Positions 61,894 through 64,000 of a DNA stretch of 64,000 nucleotides are shown here, piece by piece. The translations under genes were made by a program, and so were the position numbers. Position 1 is the first letter of the stretch; each line of letters opens with the position of its first letter. Location of the stretch: positions 1,952,001-2,016,000 of the forward strand of contig CAWHIJ010000003.1 in the NCBI GenBank assembly GCA_963829525.1, read 5' to 3'. The notes below the pieces were generated by a model. That model searched no databases and had not been told where the DNA came from. It saw only the letters and a list, made by a program, of their open reading frames with translations. This DNA is from an uncultured Actinomycetota bacterium (GTDB lineage: Bacteria; Actinomycetota; Actinomycetes; JAHEKZ01).

Positions 61894-63132
61894 TTGCTCA
61901 CTCTGGGAGGTTCTGTGGTCAGCACTGCCGTCGGCAGCCCGCGCGAGGTCGTTTTTGTCGACGGCGTACGCACCCCGTTCGGCAAAGCTGGCAGCCGCTA
62001 CGCCAACACCCGCGCCGACGACCTCATCGTCAAGGTGATCCGCGAGCTGCTGCGCCGCAATCCCTCGCTCAACCCCGAGCGGATCGACGAGGTCGCCATC
62101 GCGGCGACCACCCAGATCGGTGACCAGGGCCTCACCCTCGGCCGCAGTGCCGGGATTCTGGCTGGTCTCCCCCAGTCGGTGCCCGGCTACTCGATCGACC
62201 GCATGTGTGCCGGCGCCATGACCGCTGTCACAACCCTGAGCGCTGGAATCGCAGCAGGAGCGATCGATGTCGGCCTGGCCGGTGGCGTCGAGCACATGGG
62301 CCGCCACCCGATCGGCGAAGGTATCGACCCCAACCCACGCTTCGTCGCCGAGCGCCTCGTCAATCCCGATGCGCTCGTCATGGGCAAGACGGCCGAGAAC
62401 CTGCACGACCGCTTCCCCGAGCTCACCCGCGAGCGCGCCGACGCGTTCGCCGCCGCCAGCCAGCAGAAGGTGGCCGACGCCTATACCGCAGGCGCCATCC
62501 AGCCAGACCTCGTTCCCGTTGCGGTCTGGGCCGACGGTGGCGGCTGGGACCTGTCATCGACCGACGAGCCACCTCGCCCTGGCACCACATCCCAAACGCT
62601 CGCCGAGCTGCGGACGCCGTTCCGCCCGCACGGGCACGTCACCGCCGGCAACGCCGCTGGGCTCAACGACGGCGCCACCGGGGCGTTGGTAACGTCGGCT
62701 GCCACCGCAGACGAGTTCGGCCTCTCCCCCAAGATGCGGATGGTCGGCTACGCGTTCGCCGGGGTCGATCCGGCGCTCATGGGCGTCGGCCCGATTCCGT
62801 CCACCGAGCGTGCTCTGAGCCGTGCTGGGCTCAGCATCGACGACATCGGTCTGATCGAGATCAACGAGGCGTTCGCCGTGCAGGTGCTCGCCTTTCTCGA
62901 CCACTTCGACATCGCCGACGACGACCCGAAGGTCAACCCTTACGGCGGGGCCATCGCCTTCGGTCACCCACTCGCATCATCCGGGATCCGATTGATGATC
63001 CAACTCGCACGGCAGTTCGCGGAGCGTCCAGACGTCCGCTACGGCATCACGACGATGTGTGTCGGCCTCGGCCAAGGGGGGACCGTCATATGGGAGAACC
63101 CGAACCACGACAGTGAAGGGAGCCGGGCATGA
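61894..63132 (+). CDS. Acetyl-CoA acyltransferase (thiolase)
   Basis: RTPFGK, DRMCAGAM, NEAFA, GGAIAFGHP, MCVGLGQG. Confidence 0.95.
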   Translation: MLTLGGSVVSTAVGSPREVVFVDGVRTPFGKAGSRYANTRADDLIVKVIRELLRRNPSLNPERIDEVAIAATTQIGDQGLTLGRSAGILAGLPQSVPGYSIDRMCAGAMTAVTTLSAGIAAGAIDVGLAGGVEHMGRHPIGEGIDPNPRFVAERLVNPDALVMGKTAENLHDRFPELTRERADAFAAASQQKVADAYTAGAIQPDLVPVAVWADGGGWDLSSTDEPPRPGTTSQTLAELRTPFRPHGHVTAGNAAGLNDGATGALVTSAATADEFGLSPKMRMVGYAFAGVDPALMGVGPIPSTERALSRAGLSIDDIGLIEINEAFAVQVLAFLDHFDIADDDPKVNPYGGAIAFGHPLASSGIRLMIQLARQFAERPDVRYGITTMCVGLGQGGTVIWENPNHDSEGSRA

Positions 63133-64000
63133 ACAGCACCCCGAGCACCACAACGCTGCCGGACTTTCCTGACGAGGTCGTCACCGAGACGAAGGTCCAC
63201 TACGTCGACCTCCCTGGTGGCGCCGGCAAAGCGGCGCTGCTCACTCTCGACAACGGCCGCGACCACAAGCGCCCCAACACCTTTGGTCCCGCCTCATTGG
63301 CGTCCCTTGAGACCGCGCTCGACGCGGTGGCAGCCCGCGATGATCTTGTGGCTGTGTGCCTCACCGGCAAGCCCTTCATCTTCAGTGTCGGCGCCGACCT
63401 CAGCGTCTTTCGGCAGCTCACTTCCCACGAGCAGGTCCTCGAGATCGGTCGCCTCGGGCACCGCGTCTTCAACAAGCTTGCGACGCTTCCTGTGCCGAGT
63501 TTCGCCTTCATCAACGGCGCATCAATGGGCGGTGGCCTCGAGGTCGCCCTGCACTGCACCTACCGCACCGTGTCCGCCGCGGCCTCAGCCATCGCGCTGC
63601 CGGAAGTTTTCCTCGGGCTCATCCCCGGGTGGGGTGGTACTGCGCTCCTGCCTCGGATAGCTGGTCTGGACAACGCCGTCACCGTCATTGTCGAGAACCC
63701 GCTCAACAACAACCGGATGCTCAAACCGACGCAGGCTCTCGAACTCGGAGTCGCCGATGCGCTTTTTGAGTCCGCCGACTTCCTCGAGCAGTCGCTGGCG
63801 TGGGCGGCGAGTGTCGTCACCGGCGCACAGGCCGTCACGCGACCCGAGCCGACCGACGACGAGTGCGACGCGGCGCTGGCGCGAGCTAAGGCAGTCGTTG
63901 CCGGACGCACGAAGGACGTTCCGCCAGCCCCTCAGCGTGCACTCGCGCTGCTGGCCAACGCACGAACAGCGTGTCTTGCCGACAGCTTCGCCGCCGAGGA
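63129..64000 (+). CDS. Enoyl-CoA hydratase/3-hydroxyacyl-CoA dehydrogenase (FadB-like), 5' part, runs off window end
   Basis: Hand translation FPDEVVT, TLDNG.D..RPNTFG, F.VGADL, MGGGLEVAL.C.YR, LPEVFLGLIPGWGG; ATGA overlap with thiolase. Confidence 0.9.
   Translation, partial: MNSTPSTTTLPDFPDEVVTETKVHYVDLPGGAGKAALLTLDNGRDHKRPNTFGPASLASLETALDAVAARDDLVAVCLTGKPFIFSVGADLSVFRQLTSHEQVLEIGRLGHRVFNKLATLPVPSFAFINGASMGGGLEVALHCTYRTVSAAASAIALPEVFLGLIPGWGGTALLPRIAGLDNAVTVIVENPLNNNRMLKPTQALELGVADALFESADFLEQSLAWAASVVTGAQAVTRPEPTDDECDAALARAKAVVAGRTKDVPPAPQRALALLANARTACLADSFAAE

Overview
High-GC actinobacterial chromosome segment (class-level assignment inferred from gene content). Core blocks: PIM acyltransferase-pgsA-EF-G2-HIT-thrS; tRNA-Val(CAC); TIGR02611/DsbA-like/pabC/pabB interleaved with hutI, hutU and hutH; tRNA-Gly-Cys-Val; zapE-ribD-like-ligC and Prim-PolC-msrB; hemQ-hemG-hemE; DUF3000-LuxR-rnd; thiolase-fadB. 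Accessory inserts: (i) a two-gene HTTM module resembling a split vitamin-K-dependent carboxylase; (ii) a ~9 kb block after tRNA-Val(GAC) with a secreted RCC1/BLIP-II-repeat gene, a STAS protein, a secreted phosphoesterase and a nucleotidyltransferase-NMP kinase/APH kinase/TagF/CDP-ribitol synthase cluster; (iii) a block with a kinase-phospho-lyase fusion, three translationally coupled paralogous secreted Cys proteins, a DUF222-HNH element and a GcvT-family oxidoreductase; (iv) a run of small genes and fragments at 53.8-61.9 kb. Several accessory genes carry indels that may be long-read or assembly errors, not true pseudogenisation. No CRISPR array, rRNA, integrase or transposase was seen. All family calls are by motif recognition; no database search was run.
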